Assembly (NCBI GenBank): GCA_964016885.1
Contig: OZ024744.1
Coordinates: 4,526,001-4,590,000 of the forward strand
DNA length: 64,000 bases
DNA from: Eledone cirrhosa
Lineage: Eukaryota
Reading direction: 5' to 3'
A program made the position numbers and the translations under genes. Positions 1-14,117 of the stretch are shown here, piece by piece. The number at the start of each line of letters is the position of its first letter. Position 1 is the first letter of the stretch. The notes below the pieces were generated by a model, which was given only the letters and a program-made list of their open reading frames with translations, was not told where the DNA came from and made no database searches.

Positions 1-3000
1 TTCGTTTCAAACACAGTCTTCGCTAGCCTGCTTTTAAATTCCAGTGGATTATAGATTTCCCCTCGGTATTTTAGTAGTGGTGATTTTGTTAATGTAATGA
101 GCACTACTGAAGATCGACTCCAACAGAAACTAACCCCACTGAATAGGTTCGTGATATGGTTTTTTAAGACTATATAGTGCATATGAAGTTTCCCCAAATT
201 GACGGTTAAGTATAATTCATGATTTTATTTTGAATTAAGATTGTATTGCTTTTACCCCAACTTATATAGTTAGTTGTATGACAAAGTCTTTCTTCTTGAT
301 TTGTTTTGAATTAAGATTGTATTCCTTTTTTTTCCCTCATGTTACAGTAAATAATTTTTCGTCTAGATCGTTTAGTCACTTATATACCTGAATTATTGTT
401 ATCATTTTGCTTACATTAATTTTATTTTCATTTATATATTTATTATCGGTGTTTTACTTAAGTGCTACTAATAATTTTTACTAATCCCTGTTTTTTTTTA
501 AAGACTGCGATAATATTGCTTATGCTGAACTCCATATTTTTGTTGATTTTTTCGGAATGTTTTGATTGTTGTTTCTTGTAAACTGCTTTCTCATATAATC
601 CCGCCAACAGTAGTTTCTTTTCAGGTGTGTTTTGATATTTCATTTCTACACGCTGTTCGTTTGCCTGCTTTTAACTCCCAGGGGATTATTTTTCCCCCTC
701 GGTATTTTAGTAGTGCTGATTTAGTTAATGTATTGAGCACTACTGAAGATCGACTCAAATCGTGACTAACCCCAATGAAAAGTTTCGTTACATGGTCTTT
801 TGAGACTATATTGTGCATATGTAGTTTTCCCCATATTGACGGTTAAGTATTACTTTTTATTTTATTTTGAATTGAGATTGTATTGCTTTTACCCCAACTT
901 ACATAAAGTTTGATGACAAAGTTTTTCTTCTTGATTTGTTTTGAATTAAGATTGTATTACTTTTTCTTCCCTCATACATTAAATATTTTCTCATCTTGAT
1001 GGTATAGTCACTTATATACCTGAATTATCGTTGGCATTTTGGTTACATTAATTAGATTTTCATTTATATATTTATAATCGGGGTTTTACTTAAGTGATAC
1101 TAATAATTTTTACTAATCCCTGTTTTTTTAAAAACTGCGATAATATTGCTTATGCTGAACTCCATATTTTTGTTGATTTTTTCGGAATGTTTTGATTGTT
1201 GTTTCTTGTAAACTGCTTTCTCATATAATCCCGCCAACAGTAGTTTCTTTTCAGGTGTGTTTTGATATTTCATTTCTACACGCTGTTCGTTTGCCTGCTT
1301 TTAACTCCCAGGGGATTATTTTTCCCCCTCGGTATTTTAGTAGTGCTGATTTAGTTAATGTATTGAGCACTACTGAAGATCGACTCAAACCGTGACTAAC
1401 CCCAATGAAAAGTTTCGTTACATGGTCTTTTGAGACTATATTGTGCATATGTAGTTTTCCCCAAATTGACGGTTAAGTATTACTTTTTATTTTATTTTGA
1501 ATTGAGATTGTATTGCTTTTACCCCAACTTACATAAAGTTTGATGACAAAGTTTTTCTTCTTGATTTGTTTTGAATTAAGATTGTATTACTATTTCTTCC
1601 CTCATACATTAAATATTTTCTCATCTTGATGGTATAGTCACTTATATACCTGAATTATCGTTGGCATTTTGGTTACATTAATTAGATTTTCATTTATATA
1701 TTTATAATCGGTGATTTACTTAAGTGATACTAATAATTTTTACTAATCCCTGTTTTTTTAAAAACTGCGATAATATTGCTTATGCTGAACTCCATATTTT
1801 TGTTGATTTTTTCGAAATGTTTTGACTGTTGTTTCTTGTAAACTGTTTTCTCATATAATCCCGCCAACAGTAGTTAGTGTTCAGGTGTGTTTTGATATTT
1901 CATTTCTACACGCTGTTCGTTAGCCTGCTTTTAACTCCCAGGGGATTATTTTTTCCCCTCGGTATTTTAGTAGTGGCGATTTAGTTAATGTGTTGAGCAC
2001 TACTGAAGATCGATGCAAACCGTGATTAACCCCAATGAAAAGTTTCGTTACATGGTCTTTTGAGACTATATTGTGCATATGTAGTTTTCCCCAAATTGAC
2101 GGTTAAGTAATACTTTTTATTTTATTTTGAATTAAGATTGTATTGCTTTTACCCCAACTTACATAAAGTTTGATGACAAAGTTTTTCTTCTTGATTTGTT
2201 TTAAATTAAGATTGTATTACTTTTTACCCCTCATCTTACATTAAATATATGTTCATCTTGATGTTATATTCAGTTTTATAACTGGATTATCGTTGTCATT
2301 TTGCTCACATTAATTTTATTTTCATTTATATATTTATACACGGTGCTTTCCTTGCGTGTTACTAATATTTGTGACTAATCCCATTTTTTTTTCAAAAGAG
2401 TACGATAATATTGCTTATGCTTAACTCCATATTTTTGTTGAGATTTTACGGAATGTATTGACTGTTGTTTCTTGTAAACTGCTTTCTCATCTCATCCAGC
2501 CATCACTAGTTATTCTTCACGCGTGTTTTGTTATTTCATTTCTATACCCTGTTCGCTTGTCTGCTTTTAACTCCCAGTGGATTATTTTGTCCCCTCGGTA
2601 TTTTAGTAGTAGAAATTTAGGTAATGCGTTGAACACTACTGAAGATCGACTCCAACCGTGATTAACCCCACTGAAAAGTTTCTTGACATGGCATTTTGAA
2701 ACTATATAGTGCATTTGTAGTTTTCCCCAAATTGACGGTTAAGTATTACTTCATGATTTTATTTTGAATTAAGATTGTATTGCTTTTAGCCAAACTTACA
2801 TAAAGTTTGATGACAAAGTTGTTCTTCTTGATTTGTTTTAAATTAAGATTTGTATTACTTTTTTTCTCTCATCTTACATTAAATAATTTTTCGTCTTGAT
2901 GATTTAGTCAGTTATATACCTGAATTATTGTTGGCATTTTACTTACATTAATTTTATTTGCATTTATATATTTATATTCGGTAGTTTCCTTGAGTGCTAC

Positions 3001-6000
3001 AAATATTCCCATTTCTTTTTCAAAAAAGACTGCGAAAATATTGCTTATGCTGAACTCCATAATTTTATATGAGATTTTTCGGAATGTTTTGACTGTTGTT
3101 TCTTTTAAACCGATTTCTCATCTCATCCCTCCATCACTAGTTTGTGTTCACGTGTGATTTGTTATTTCGTTTCTACACAGTCTTCGCTAGCCTGCTTTTA
3201 AATTCCAGTGGATTATAGATTTCCCCTCGGTATTTTAGTAGTGGTGATTTTGTTAATGTATTGAGCACTACTGAAGATCGAATCCAACCGAAACTAACCC
3301 AACTGAATAGGTTCGTGATATGGTTTTTTAAGACTATATAGTGCATATGTAGTTTCCCCAAATTGACGGTTAAGTATACTTCATGATTTTATTTTGAATT
3401 AAGATTGTATTGCTTTTACCCCAACTTATATAGTTAGTTGTATGACAAAGTCTTTCTTCTTGATTTGTTTTGAATTAAGATTGTATTCCTTTTTTTCCCT
3501 CATCTTACAGTAAATAATTTTTCGTCTAGATCGTTTAGTCACTTATATACCTGAATTATTGTTATCATTTTGCTTACATTAATTTTATTTCCATTTATAT
3601 ATTTATACTCGGTGTTTCCCTCGAGTTCTACTAATATTTGTGAATAATCCCAGTTTTTTTTTAAAAAGAATGCGATAATGTTGCTTATGCTGAACTCCAT
3701 ATTTTTTTGAGTTTTTTCAGAATGTTATCACTGTTGTTCCTTTAAACCAATTTCTCATCTCATCCCGCCATCCCTAATTTGTGTTCACGTGTGTTTTGTT
3801 ATTTCATTTCTACACCCTGTTCTAGATGGTTTAGTCACTTATATACCTGAATTATTGTTGTCATTTTGGTAACATTAATTTTATTTTCATTTATATATTT
3901 ATATTCCCTGTTTTCCTTGAGTTCTACTTATATTTGTGACTAACCCCATTTTTTTTTAAAGACTGCGATAATATTGCTTATGCTGAACTCCATATTTACG
4001 TTGATTTTTTTTTTGAATATCTTGACTGTTGCTTCTTGTAAACTGCATTCTCATCTTATCCAGCCATTACTAGCTTGTGTTCACGTGTGTTTTGTTATTT
4101 CATTTCTACACCCTATTCGCATGCGTGATTTTAACTTCCAGTGGATTACATTTTCCCCTCGGTATTTTAGTAGTGGTGATTTAGTTAATGTGCGGAGCAC
4201 TACTGAAGATCGGTTCCAACCGTGACTAACTCCACTGAATAGTTTCCTTACATTGTATTTTATGACTATATAATGCATATGTAGTTTTCCCCAAGTTGAG
4301 GGTTAAGTATTACTTCATGATTTTATTTTGAATTAAGATTGTATTGCTTTTACCCAAACTTACATACAGTTTGATGACAAAGTTTTTCTTCTTGATTTGT
4401 TTTAAATTAAGATTTTTTTCTTTTTTTCCCTCATCTTACATCAAATAATTGTTGGTCTCGGTGGTCTAGTCACTTATATACCTGTACTATTGTTGGCATT
4501 ATTGTTGGCATTAGTGCTACTAAATTTGTGACTAATCCCAGAGTTTTTTAAAAAGAATGCGATAATATTGCTTATGCAGAACTCCATATATTTGTTGAGT
4601 CTTTCCGGAATGTTTTCACTGTTGTTTCTTGTAAAATGCTTTCTCATCTCATCCAGCCTTTACGAGCTTGTGTTTACGTGTGTTTCTTTATTTCATTTCT
4701 ACACCGTATTCGCATGTTTGCTTTCAACTCCCAATGGATTATTTTGTCCCCTCGATATTTTACTAGTGGTGTTTTAGTTAATGTTAGGAGCTCTATTGAA
4801 GATCGACTCCAACCGTGACAAGACCCACTGAAAAGTTTCGTGACATGGTCTTTTGAGACGATATCGTGCATTTGTAGTTTTCCCCAAATTGAGGGTTAAG
4901 TATTACTTCTTGATTTTATTTTGAATTAAGATGGTGTTGCTTTTACCCAAACTTACATAAAGTTTGATGACAAAGTTGTTCTTCTTGATTTGTTTTAAAT
5001 TAAGATTGTATTTCTCTTTTTTCCTCATCTCACATTAAATAGTTTTTCATCTTGATGTTATACTCACTTATATACCTGAATTATCGTTGACATTTTGCTT
5101 ACATTAATTTTATTTTCAATTATATATTTATACTCGGTGTTTTCCTTGAGTGCTACTAATATTTGTGACTAATCCAGTTTTAAAAAAAAAAGAATGCGAT
5201 AATATTTCTTATGCTGAGCTCCATATTTTTATTGAGTCTTTTCGGAATATTTTCACTGTTATTTCTTGTATACCGATTTCTCATCTCATCCCGCCATCAC
5301 TTGTTTGTGTTCACGTGTGTTTTGTTATTTCATTTCTACACCCTGTTCGCTTGTCTGCTTTTAAATCCCAGTTGATTTATTTTTCCCCTCGGTATTTCAG
5401 TAGTGGTGTTTTAGTTAATGTGTGGATCAGTACTGAAGATCGGTTCCCACCGTGACAAACTACACTGAAAAGTTTTGTTACATGATCTTTTGAGACTATA
5501 TAGTGCATTTGTAGTTTCCCCAAATTGAAGGTTAAATATTACTTCTGGATTTTATATTGAATTAAGATTGTATTGCTTTTTCCTCAACTTACATAAAGTT
5601 TGATGACAAAGTTTTTCTTCTTAATTTGTTTTAAATTAAGATGGTATTACTTTTTTTTCCCCTCATCTTACATTAAATTATTTTTCGTCTTGATGGTTTA
5701 GTCACTTATATACCTGAATTATTGTTGGCATTTTGCTTACATGAATTTTATTTTCATTTATATATTTATACTCTGTGTACTCATTAAGTGCTACTAATAT
5801 TTGTGACTAATCCCAGTTTAAAAAAAAAAAGAATGCGATCATATTGCTTATGCTGATCTCCATATTTCTGTTGAGTTTTTTTGGAATGTTTTCACTGTTG
5901 TTTCTTGTAAAGCGCTTTCTCATCTGGTCCCGCCATTACTAGCTTGTGTTCACGTGTGGTTTGTTATTTCATTTCTACACGCTGTTCGCTTGCCTACTTT

Positions 6001-7875
6001 TAACTCCCAGTGGATCATTTTTTCCCCTCGGTATTTTAGTAGTGGTGATTTAGTTAATGTGTGGAGCACTACTGAAGATCGAGTCCAACCGTTACTAACC
6101 CCACTGAATAGTTTCATGAGATGGTCTTTTGAGACTATATTGTGCATATGTTGTTTTCCCCAACTTGACGGTTAAGTATTACTTCTTGATTTTATTTTGA
6201 ATTAAGTTTGTACTGCCTTTACCCCAACTTACATAAAGTTTGATGACAAAGTTTTTCTTCTTGATCTGTTTTGAAGTAAGGTTGCATTAATATTTTTTCC
6301 TTCGTCTTACATTATCATTTTTTTTATTTTGATGATATAGTCACTTATATACCTGAAATATTATTCGCATTTTGCTTATATTAATTTTATTTTCATTTAT
6401 ATATATATATACTCGGTGTTTTCCTTGAGTGCTACTAATATTTGGGACTAATCCCAGTTTTTTAAAAATAGATTGCGATAATATAGCTTATGCTGAACTC
6501 CATATTTTTGTTGAGTGTTTTGGGAATGTTGTCACTGTTGTTTCGTGTACACTGCTTTCGCATCTCATCCAGCCATCACTAGTTTGTGTTCACGTGTGTT
6601 TTGTTATTTCATTTCTACACGCTATTCGCATGCCTGCTTTTAAATCCCAGTGGATTATTGTTTGCCCTCGGTATTTTAGTAGTGGTGATTTAGTTAATGT
6701 GTTGAGCACTGCTCAAGATCGGTTCTAACCGTAAATAACCGCACTGTAAAGTTTCGTGACATGATCTTTTAAGTCTATATAGTTCATTTGTAGTTTTCCC
6801 CAAATTGACGGTTAAGTATTCCTTCTTTATTTTATTTTGAATTAAGATTGTATTGATTTTTCCCCTACTTACATAAAATTTGATGACAACATTTTTCTAC
6901 TTGATTCGTTTTGAATTAAGATTGTATTACTTTTTTTTCCCTCATCTTGCATTAAATATTTTTTTATTTTGATAGTATAGTCATTTATATATCTGAAATA
7001 TTGTTCGCATTTTGCTTACATTAATTTTATTTTCATTTATATATATATACTCGGTATTTTCCTTGAGTGTTACTAATATTTGTGACTAATCCCAGTATAA
7101 AAAAAGAAAACACTCCGATAATATTGCTTATATTGAACAGCATATTCTTGTAGAGTTTTTTCGGAATGTTTTGACTGTTGCTTCTTGTAAACCGCATTCT
7201 CATCTCACCCTACCATCACTAGTTTGTCTTCTACGTGTGATTGGTTATTTCATTTCTACACGCTCTTCGCTTGCCTGCTTTTAAATCCCAGTGGATTATT
7301 TTTTCCCCTCGATATTTTAGTAGTGATGATTTAGTTAATGTGTTGCGCACTACTGAAGATCGGTTCCAACCATGACTAACACCACTGAAAAGTTTCTTGA
7401 CAAGGTCTTTTAATAATATATAGTGCATTTGTAGTTTTCCTCAAATTGACGGTTAAGTATTTCATTTTTATTTTAATTTTAATGAATATTGTATTGCTTT
7501 TTCCCCAACACCCATAAAGTTTCATAACAACATTTTTCTACTTGATTCGTTTTGAATTAAGATTACTTTTTTTTCCCTCATCTTGCATTAAATATTTTTT
7601 TATTTTGATGGTATAGTCATTTATATACCTGAAATATTGTTCGCATTTTGCTTACATTAATTTTATTTTCATTTATATATATATACTTGGTGTTTTCCTT
7701 GAGTGCTACTAATATTTGGGACTAACACCAGTTTAAAAAAAAAAAATGCGATAATATTGCTTATGCTGAACTCCATATATTCGTTGAGTTTTTTCGGAAT
7801 GTTTTGACTGTTGCTTCTTGTAAACTACTTTCTCATCTCATCCCGCCATCACTAGATTGTGTTCTCGTTATTTCA
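1..7875. repeat. ~630-bp tandem satellite, ~12 copies, begins before the window
   Basis: The motif block cccctcggtattttagtagt...actactgaagatcg...ccccaaattgacggttaagta recurs about every 630 bp (ORF starts at 562, 1192, 2458). Copies at ~460-2080 are nearly identical and the others more diverged. One unit is internally deleted at ~3822. Confidence 0.95.
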
Positions 7876-7879
7876 TTCC

Positions 7880-8533
7880 TAAAATAGATAACTTCCTGGA
7901 TGTAACGTTAGAGTAAGATACTGGCTTATACAGACCATACCACAAGCCAGATGTGGTCCTGTCTTACAGCAACAAAGGATCTAATCACCCCAAATCTACA
8001 CTTAACACTATAGTGAGTAGCATCTCACATAGAATCTCGAGGCTGTCGGCCAACAAGGACCACTTTGACCAAACTGCCAACTACTACAACAAAGCACTGG
8101 CTGAATGAGGTTATAGCAGCAGTAATTCGTATATCTATGACGCAGGCTCTACTATGCCCCCTTCCCATAGGACCAGTGTAATAGCGTGCCGCACCAATAA
8201 CCACCGTGGCAGTGGGATTGTTAAAGAGAAACATACAGGTCGAACTAGTAATGCGGCTAGCTTTGGCCAGCATCATAACAACAAGGCCGGTAGGCCAAGG
8301 GGGCCCCCACACCCGTACCAACTTGGTTCGGGCAATAGAGTTAAAAGCAACCTACTAGAGAAATTCCCCGCATACAGGCTTAATAATGGTGACGGTATCT
8401 TACCAACACCTACCGGCAAGCATAGGGTAACCCAGTGCCGTCCAGCAGGAGGTGGGTTAGCACATGGGGCTAAAATGCGCAGAGCAAACAATAGTAGAAA
8501 CACCCACCAGGGCTTAAACGTCCGCACCAACCC

Positions 8534-8540
<7 letters not shown>
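7880..8540 (+). mobile_element. Penelope-like element fragment (RT thumb region plus linker), decayed
   Basis: From ~7880 the + strand reads NFLDVTLE*DTGLYRPYHKPDVVLSYSNKGSNHPKSTLNTIVSSISHRISRLSANKDHFDQTANYYNKALAE*GY. This matches the FLDV...KP...Y...SNHP...R...L...GY pattern of PLE reverse transcriptases, with in-frame stops. Confidence 0.8.
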
Positions 8541-8583
<43 letters not shown>

Positions 8584-8594
8584 TGATAGATAGA

Positions 8595-11540
8595 TAGATT
8601 TCTTCATTAGCCACATGGGCGCACAAGAAAAGGGGACAAAACAAAGATATGCCGGGGATGTTACATACAATCGTGTAAAAATATAAAACAAACAAATATA
8701 ACATTCGAAATCCCCAATAAGGGGGAGGCTCCACAAATGGGTTGTTTAATACCTCGTAGATTGAACAACCCTCAACTTCAGGAGCGTGTTGTTAAAGTTC
8801 TCCTTTCTTCATTTTGCTCTCTTCTTCAACCTACATGTTTATATACAGAGATGGCCCAATCACTCGGGCCATTTTTGCCACATTCACCCACCTTTCAGTA
8901 AAGCTACTGGGATGCAGCGCCCCTCTCTCCACGCTGGTTCTCCTTCTAAAGTGGTACCTAAAGAAGGTAATGAATTGTTGTCCGGAGAGAAAGGCATCTT
9001 CCCTCAGTCATCTAAATCTCGTCCACCATATAACCTCTTTCACCATAGCAATTATACAGAGGAAAACCTTCTCTTTTTCGTTTTTGAAAGAAGTTGGTAG
9101 TTTGATCCTTACTGTGGACTCGGCAGTCAACTGGATTTGACCCATACGTGACAGCAGTTTCTCTGCGTAGTTCCAGAGGTGGTTACGCCCGGGCAGTGTA
9201 AAATTGCGTGCAAGACTGTTTCAATGTCCTTCCCGCATCTTGGACACGTCCTCTTGGAAGGATCCCTGCCAGGGCGTCCGTGCCTGTAGATCTTGTCACG
9301 AACTTGTAGAGCTCCTCGAAAGCACTGCCAGGCCAGGGACCTCTGGAAGTTGTCTATATGTCTCCTACGAAACAGACTGGTGAGTTCGTCGTCTTCGACG
9401 CTTAGAGTCTCTCCGTGCACGTCGTCGCCATTGTGACGTACTAACCCTCTATAGAATGTCGAAGTGGAGTCTCCACTGGTTGCCGTGCGCGGCTGATCTC
9501 ATTCAATGTGCCAGGCGCCCATCTTCTACGGTCTCCGCTTGACCCAGGACTGCAGCTCCGTCAGCGAGACAAGTTGCGGGAAGGCCTGTTTCACAAACGA
9601 TGCCCACAACGGTTGGGGGTCGGTGAGGAATACCTATAGATGCCGTAGCATCAACGCATGCTTGGGCATCATCAGTCACGGCCATCCCAGCCCTCCGTTG
9701 GAAGGGTGCTGACAGTAGACGGATCTCCCTCACCAGTGGAGTCTGCTTCTTCGACGGTCAAGCGGTAGTAGATGACGGACGCTATGAAAGTTTTCGCCAC
9801 CTCCGCTCGACCTTTCAAGGATAGTTTGCACTCTGCCCAATTCTGGGTGAGCGCAAATTCCTTGGCCGTGAACTCGTTCCAGTTTTTATCCCCCTGGAGG
9901 TCCGGACCGAACCAAACCCCGAGCAATCTCACCGCTCCGTCCGACGATGCTGTTGGACGGTATCGTTTTGCTTCTCCACGTTCCGAGTTGCAAACCGACA
10001 GACTTGTCCGGATTCAGTTTTGCTCCTGTGAACCTTTCGTATTCCTGCAGTAAGTTGCCGATCACCCCGATTTCAGAGGTGTCCGACATCATTACTGTCA
10101 CGTAGTCGGCACAAGCCGACGCCGCTTTCCGCAGTCCTAGTTCCAAGGGGATGCCCTGCAGCAGCTCCAACTTCCGCAGTAGTGATTCTAGAGTCAGTAC
10201 GTACAGAATGGAGGAGAGAAGGCATCCCTATAGGATGGAACGCGTGATTGCGAATGGCTCAGATAGGTAGCCGTTCACCTTGACCACCGATCAGCGTGCA
10301 TTGCGGCGATCCAGCCTCTGAAGACGGGCCCGAAACCGGCCGCCTTGAGTACCGCTTCCAAGTATCGATGGTCGACCCTATCGAACGCCTTAGACTGATC
10401 TAAATTGATCAGAGTCTCACCGAAGCCGGGTTTACACCCCCCCTCTCTATGATGTATCGCATGAGGTGGAGGTTGTCGTGAATGGACCTGGTTGGGATTG
10501 CACACGTTTGCGCTTTCCCTACCAGGTTCTCGACTTTAAGTGCCAGCTTCGTTGCCAACACCTTGGGCAAAATCTTTAACTCTGTGTTGAGCAGAGTTAT
10601 GGGCCTAAAGTTGCTTAGTTCGTCCCCTTGTTCTCGTCTTTCCTGATCAGCGTTACTACGCCCCTGCCTGCAGAACTGGAATTCCCCCGTTGTGCTGCCA
10701 GTTGCAGTAGACGGCCTCGAGGACACCAGAGAACAAGTCCGGCATGCCTATATAAAACTCATAGGGTAGACCATCTAGACCGGGTGATTTGCGTTTCCCA
10801 CAGCGGCCCAGAGCGTCTCGTATCTCAGTGGCTGTGATCCGTCTTTCGCAGAACTCGGCGTCCATGCTCGAGAGACACGACAGGCCGTCGAGGTATGAAC
10901 CGATGTCCATTGCCCCGTTCGACGCACCACCACTCTGCTCGAACAGTTGCGCAATGTGCCGCTGAAAAGTCGCACACATCCGCTTGGGGTCAAGTAGCAC
11001 ACGTCCGTTTTGGTCTTTCAAAGACCGAATTGTGGATTGTCGCCACCTTTTGCCTCTGCCACTCGGACCCAGCTAACAGCTTTTGCTCCTTCGTTTCCTA
11101 GAGCACGTGATTTACTTCTGACCACGCAGCCTTCATGTTTCGCGTCGGAGAACTGGTCCAGTGCTGTTTTCGTTGCTAGCACTCTAGCTACATTGCCACT
11201 CCTAAGCGCCTCCTCTACCTTGGCTACTAGTTCCGTTTCTGTTTTGTTTCTTTCTAAGGCTAACTCTCTGCTAAAGTCTATCGACTCTACTCTAATTGCT
11301 TTCTTGAGGGTGTACCACCATCAACTGTTGACGATGGCTCCCGTCAATTGTTGCTTAATTAATCTACTTATCAGTTCACTGTAGGTTTTACGTGTCCGTA
11401 GCGACACGTTCAACTTCCAGTATCCTGGTCCTTGTCTATGTATTCTATCACGGTTGACTATGAAGATGACTAATTTGTGGTCTGAATAGGCAAACATATG
11501 CATTTGTGGGCAGCTTTAAATCCCGGAGGAAGGTAAGTAA
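8595..11540 (-). mobile_element. Tx1/L1-type non-LTR retrotransposon, 5'-truncated, ORF2 disrupted
   Basis: Minus-strand pieces occur in order: APE end SDHKLV..GPGYWKLNVSL, KSPGLDGLPYEFY, NFRPITLLNTELKIL, LDQSKAFDRVDHRYL, degenerate YADD (CADYV), LLGVWFG, LSLKGRAEV, and zinc knuckle CPRCGKDIETVLHAILHC. The 3' UTR ends in (ATCT)n/(TA)n near 8590. Confidence 0.92.
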
Positions 11541-11544
11541 GATG

Positions 11545-14010
11545 CGCCTATGGTGGTGAATAGGGAAGTAGCCCTAGGGCCAAGGACACCAGAAGTCTCT
11601 CCTGCCAAAGGCACGACCGCGAACCTGTCGGAGAGCGACCGGTATTTGGAGAGTTTGGCCTCCTCAGCCCCACGTGCAGCTGTACCTGGGTTAGTCGCAG
11701 ACTGCACCATGTTGCGACTGGAGAAAGTCTCGCTGCAGGTGGCATTCAAGACGAGGGGTTTGCCACCGAGGAACGGGAAGATGGTCATTCTGTCTGGCCT
11801 TTTGTCGTGCCCTCGGTCCAGCTCCACCGGCTCGAGCTAGGAGGGGTAGCCTGCATCGTCCAAGCCATGCTATATGACCTCGTTGAGGGAAGCATGGCGT
11901 GGAAGGCGGCCAGCGCTGTGGCGACAGGAAAGCGGATGGAGGCCAAAAGAGTCTACGGTGGATGCACAGCGACATTTATGTGGCTCGAAGATTCGGAGTC
12001 CAAGCCTCAAGGAAACGCCGATGCGGAGGTTATCGTTATCCAGCTGCGTGCTTGTGGGGAAGGAGGGCGATGCATGGAGTCAAGCACCACGTGCGAAAAC
12101 AGGCAAGGCGGTGTTGGTCGAGCTGGCGCGTGAGCCTGTCTGATGTCAGACTGCACTGGATGGCATCCCATATGATGTGGGAGGACTTGATGCAGCGCTG
12201 CGATAGGTGCAGAGGAGCTGCGGCATGGCGAAGCAGTTCCTCAACTGGAAGAGAGCTGGGTGGCTGTCGATCAAGCCCAGTCGACTCGTGAACGTCTGAA
12301 GTTGTTGGAGCCAAATCTGAGGTTGGAGCGGATGGTCGGTGGGTGGATCGGTGACCCGAGAATGAGGACATCCTCATTGGTGGTCACCTGAACCTGGTGG
12401 AGTATGGACCGCACGTCCGAGAGGGTGGCTGCAAAGCTCTCAGAATCATGGCTGACATTCACCACCTCCGACTTGGACGAGTTGACCTGGAGACCGATTC
12501 CAAACAGGGAGGAACCACCGATTGAAGGTCATGGCTGACAGTCGCAACGGGCCCGCCCAGCGTAGCATCATCCAGGTACCAAACGTTGAGATGGGTCGTG
12601 ATACTCCGGGCAATGTGGTCTATACCAAGGGCAAACAGGAGGGGGCCCAAAGGGTAGACCTGTTGGACCCCAGTGGGCGAAGGTATGACTGTATCAGCAG
12701 CAAGGAGCATACTCGGGGCTCCATATGACAAGTTCGCCAGCGGTTAGATGGAGGGGGCTCGGCTGAGGCAGGCTGTTGAAGAACTGCCTGGTTACATGTG
12801 CAGCCCCTTCACAGCCACCGGACACGCTGACAACCAGTTGCACTGGTGTTATGGGCCTGCAGACCACCTTAGCAGCCAGCATCCGGAAGACATTGCCCAC
12901 ATCTATGGGGCGTATGCCACCCTCATTCTTCCTGAGAGCGGTCAGGCTAGCCAAAACAAAGAGGCCTCGGGCGTGAGGATTCAGGGCGCCATGGATAAGC
13001 CTATTGGTGAGTGCCACAATTGCACTCAGAAAGCGGCGCCCGGCCTCAGCGGAGAGGGGCGATAGCAACTCTTTGAGGTGGCCTGGTCGGAAGCCATCAG
13101 CACCTCCGCTGCTGCTACCTGGGCAGGAGTGGGAACTGGGGGGAGGGGGGCATGGGTCGGAGGTAAGCATGTGGCTCAGGGTGCTTGAGTCGCAGGGCAG
13201 CCAGGACCTCTTCTGTGGGTTGGAGGACAGTGTCCTCTGAGGCAACCGCTCTGACTGCCGCCGAGCCATCACTCGTGATAAGTTTAGCGTTTACGCTCTC
13301 ACGCAAACGCTTGACACTGGCCTCAGGGGTGGAGGATTGGAGACACCCAAGAGCAGTGGTTGTGGCGTCCTTTGGCCCACTTGGAATAGGCGCTTTCCCA
13401 AAGGACGAAACACTGGCCTTGACAAAGGCTGCTGTCGACAGGCCGCATCGGTCAGCGCCAGAGCTGAGGAGGCCGAGGGTGAGTGGGGCGAAATAGAAGA
13501 TGCGCTCCCAGTCGCTGGCTCTATTGGAGTCTAGAGCACTCTCGGTCGAGGAAGTGAGGTCATCGGCTACCGGCACTCAAGCCGCTCTCGGGATACTGAG
13601 CGGAATCTTCCGAGCCGCCTGAGCCGAGCGATGCTCACCAGTGGGGCTTGGACATCAGGCAAGCTCGCTGTCTCATCTGGTGGAGTGCCAGACGTCCGTG
13701 GCTGGGCAGACGAGGGGAAGAGACAGATTCTGCATCTCCACGGTGCGAGGGCACTGGAAGCTAGACGCTTCAAGCCAACACAGGTGAGGTGGTGGAAGCA
13801 GCCTCACCCCGTAGAGTTCCGGCCCCTCTCCGTCTGTTCGTAGTGCTGCAAGTGTTGCAGATGTCGACTGGTGGGGATAGAGGATGGGACGTGGAGCCAG
13901 GGACTGGGACACCAAGCGGCATGAGGGGTGAGTGGCTGGTTGTCACCAGCCTAGGTGCTAGGAACAACTGCACGTGGGTAGAAGGGAAAGTGTTGGTATG
14001 ACTGAGGCCT
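11545..14010 (-). mobile_element. CRE-clade non-LTR retrotransposon (RT plus restriction-like endonuclease), disrupted
   Basis: RT motifs: GSSSGGADGFRPGHLKEL, GGIRPIDVGNVFRMLAAK, GGCEGAAH, GVQQVYPLGPLLFAL, WYLDDATLGG. C-terminal RLE: KRPDRMTIFPF.GKPLV...AEEAKLSKY..VPLAGETSGVLG. Many frameshifts, and GC-rich relative to the flanks. Confidence 0.85.
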
Positions 14011-14117
14011 TAGAGCTCACCTACACCAGATATGGAGGCGAAGGAAGACAAGATGAAAGAGAAGGGGTGAACGTAATTTGGAAGAAATTACATAAAACTA
14101 CATAAGATTTTTTCTCC

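Noticed and set aside
11520-11545. acttacct on the minus strand, resembling the U1 snRNA 5' end, at the CRE/Tx1 junction
   Set aside because: Only 8 nt match and the downstream sequence does not follow U1.
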